Translations under genes and position numbers: made by a program
Part shown: positions 61,540 through 64,000 of the stretch, piece after piece
Numbering within the stretch: position 1 is the first letter of the stretch
How the letters are laid out: every line of letters begins with the position of its first letter
The notes under the pieces: generated by a model
What the model saw: only the letters and a program-made list of their open reading frames with translations
Told to the model about the DNA's origin: nothing
Database searches by the model: none
Assembly (NCBI GenBank): GCA_964187785.1
Contig: OZ076412.1
Coordinates: 2,480,001 to 2,544,000, forward strand
Source of the DNA: Amphiscolops sp. MND2022
Lineage: Eukaryota
Direction of reading: 5' to 3'
Length of the DNA: 64,000 bases

Positions 61540-64000
61540 GATGGACACAGAAAGCTTTATATTGGTCATCTAAAGTGTGAGATCCCTTGGGAAAAAAAAT
61601 TCATAGCGTTGACGTTGCAGTTATCGAGTCCGAGAAAGAATTCGGATTGATCGGCAGAGACGTGACCCGAGTTGATCACATTCACAACGCGTCTCTGTCT
61701 GATGTAAAAGTCTTGCCTGCAATTAAAGGAGTTAAAGCCACTATCAAACTGAAGCCTGACGCAAAACCTGTTTTCTGTCGCGCTCGAAAAGTTCCACTTG
61801 CCATGGAAAATCAGGTCAAGATTGAATTGGCGAAACTTCAGGCACAAGGAATCATTGCCCCAGTCGACCCAGGAGGTGTCATGAATGCCTCGCCTGTCGT
61901 GTGGCAAAGGAAGAAAGACGGATCTTTTCGGCTTTGTGCAGACTTCAAAGTTCATGTGAACGATAAGATCATGACTGAAGACTACCCCCTTCCCGACATG
62001 GAAACATTATTTCACGAGCTGGAAGGATCAAAGTTTTACGTCAAGATTAACTTATCATCTCCTTATTACCAAATAATGCTGGATGATGCAGCGCAGGAAA
62101 TTTGTGTCATCAACACAACGCTGGGTCTCTTCAAGTTACTCAGACTACCTCAAGGAATGAAAAATGCATCCGGAATGTTCCAGCGAACAATCGAGAACAC
62201 TCTCAAAGGATTGGCTGGAACTATCTGTTTCCAGGACGACGTACTGGTACACGGAAGAACGAAAAGTCAATGTGAGAAGCGTTGGAGGGCAGTTCAGGAT
62301 CGCCTGAAAGACAAGGGGTTCACCATAAACGAAATCAAATCTGGAAATGTCATGGAGAAAATCACTTTTCTCGGTTTTACAATTTCAGGAAGCGGGATTG
62401 AGCCCGATGATTGCCTTGTCAATAAAGTCAGGAAAATCCATCCGCCTCAGAGTGTTAAGGAAGTCGAACAATTTTGTGGATTAGTCAACTTCTACGGCCG
62501 GTTCATCTCAAACTTCACGTCGAAAATTGCCCCAATATCTGATCTGAGGAAGAAGTCGGAGGCTGAGTTCCAGTGGACCGACAAGAGTCACGTGCATTCG
62601 AAAGGCTGAAATCTGAGCTAGCATCGAAACCTGTCGTTCAGCCCTATTCTCTGAAAAAGGAAGTAACAATCACGACTGATGCGTCTGAAAAAGCTATTGG
62701 CGGAGTCTTATCTCAAGAGGGGCACCCTGTAATTTATGTATCGAATACATTGTCTCAAGCTGAGCAAAGGTACTCTAACATTGAGCGAGAAGCCCTAGCG
62801 ATTGTTTTTGTGGTAAAACGCTTGAAGCAGTTTTTACTTGGCCGGAAATTCAACCTCAAAACTGATCATCGTCCCCTGGAATTCATATTTGCTCCAAACA
62901 AGGAACTCCCAAAAACCGTATCAGCAAGAATCACAAGATGGGCAATTTCGCTTATGGCCTTTGATTATGAGATTAAATACAAAGAAGGTTCCTCGATTCC
63001 TCATGCTGACGCCATGAGTAGGCTGAAATTCGATAAGGATGACGACGAGTGCAATCTAGTCGACTACTCAAGTTCCAATTTTGATGAATTCTGTGTTCAT
63101 TATGCCGAGCATAAACTCATTTCATTCGAAGAGTTGAGGAGTGAATGTGAACGCGATGAATTGGCGAAGCGAATTATCAGGCGGGTAATCGATGGCGATT
63201 AGAAAGCATGTACTCAAGTAGAGAGTATTTTCAAGAAAGTATCTGGTTTGCTCACAGTCGAGAACGGGCTGCTGTACAACGGAACTAGACCTTACATTCC
63301 ACCAAGAATGCGAAACATCGTAATTGAACGAGCCCATGACACGCACCCTGGTGTCCAGGCGACTAAGAACATGGTGAACCTAATGTCTTTGTGGCTTGGG
63401 GTTGGAAAAGATGTTGAAAAATTCATAAGTGCCTGTTCTGAATGTGCAAAAATCCGACCACGAACTGAGAAATCGATCGATACTTGGCCAGATGCACAAC
63501 CATGGGAGAGACTACACTTGGATTGGGCTTATATTTAAGAAGTAGGCAACATTCTTACCATTGTCGACGCTGGATCTGGTTGGATAGAAGCGTTCATATG
63601 CGGCGATCGGCCCACTGAAAAAGTCATACATTGTCTGTCCGCCATTTTTGGGAGATTTGGGGTCCCACAAACTTTAGTTTCCGACAATGCAAAAGAATTT
63701 ATCAACGACAAAGTTGTCACGTGGTTACAGGCTCAAGGCTGCACCAAATTAGAGAGCCCAATCTACAATCCAAGGAGTAATGGACTTGCCGAACGGGCTG
63801 TGCAGACTGTAAAGAAAGCAATGAGGGCATGGAACTCGTCTCTTCGTGTCAGTTTCCATGCATTTCTGCAGCAAGTCCTGTTCACACACCGTAACACTTC
63901 TTCCGTGAGAGGGAAGACTCCCTCAGAAGTTCTGCTTGGAAGGAAAATCCGACTTCCTGCTGTCATCAATTATCCCATCGGAGAGCGCGTAGTTTTTCGT
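61540..64000 (+). pseudogene. pol: Gypsy pol: RT, RNase H, integrase (disrupted)
   Basis: RLCADF, LPQG and FQDD (RT); TDASEKAIG and TDHRPL (RNase H); AHDTHPG...CSEC, VDAGS, VSDN and NGLAERAV (IN). Confidence 0.9.

Larger units (their letters stand above)
59461..64000 (+). mobile_element. Ty3/gypsy LTR retrotransposon, runs off the window end
   Basis: Candidate LTR start TGTGATG at 59461; gag-PR-RT-RH-IN order; several stops and frameshifts in pol. Confidence 0.9.

Overview
This is AT-rich eukaryotic DNA: spliceosomal GT-AG introns are present, and there are no operons, CRISPR arrays or rRNA. It is most likely from an invertebrate animal, but the species cannot be determined here. No intact host housekeeping gene is visible. 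Positions 1-42.9 kb and 59.5-64 kb are a nested graveyard of decayed mobile elements: CRE-like and I/Jockey-like non-LTR retrotransposons, Ty1/copia, Ty3/gypsy, solo LTRs, a Penelope-like element, a hAT transposon, Polinton/adintovirus-like gene remnants, and SINE/MITE-like repeats. That part also holds two tandem segmental duplications (about 4.3 kb and 3.8 kb) and a 960-bp triplication. The most unusual region is about 42.9-59.4 kb. A frameshifted RAG1/Transib-type DDE transposase with a C-terminal BRCT domain sits there with three other genes: a spliced C2H2-JmjC-ELM2 gene (KDM2/KDM7-type demethylase fold), a PR-Set7/SET8-like methyltransferase ORF and an intact orphan ORF. These are interleaved with a tRNA-like gene and motif-bearing tandem arrays in inverted orientation. 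I infer a candidate giant DNA transposon carrying a histone-mark writer/eraser pair; its termini are not proven. Other oddities are a PHD finger inserted inside the RT palm of the Penelope element, an SGNH-like extra ORF upstream of gag in two Gypsy copies, and a large inverted pair of Polinton-like modules. All domain calls come from motif recognition by eye, not database searches, and boundaries without a stated TSD are approximate.
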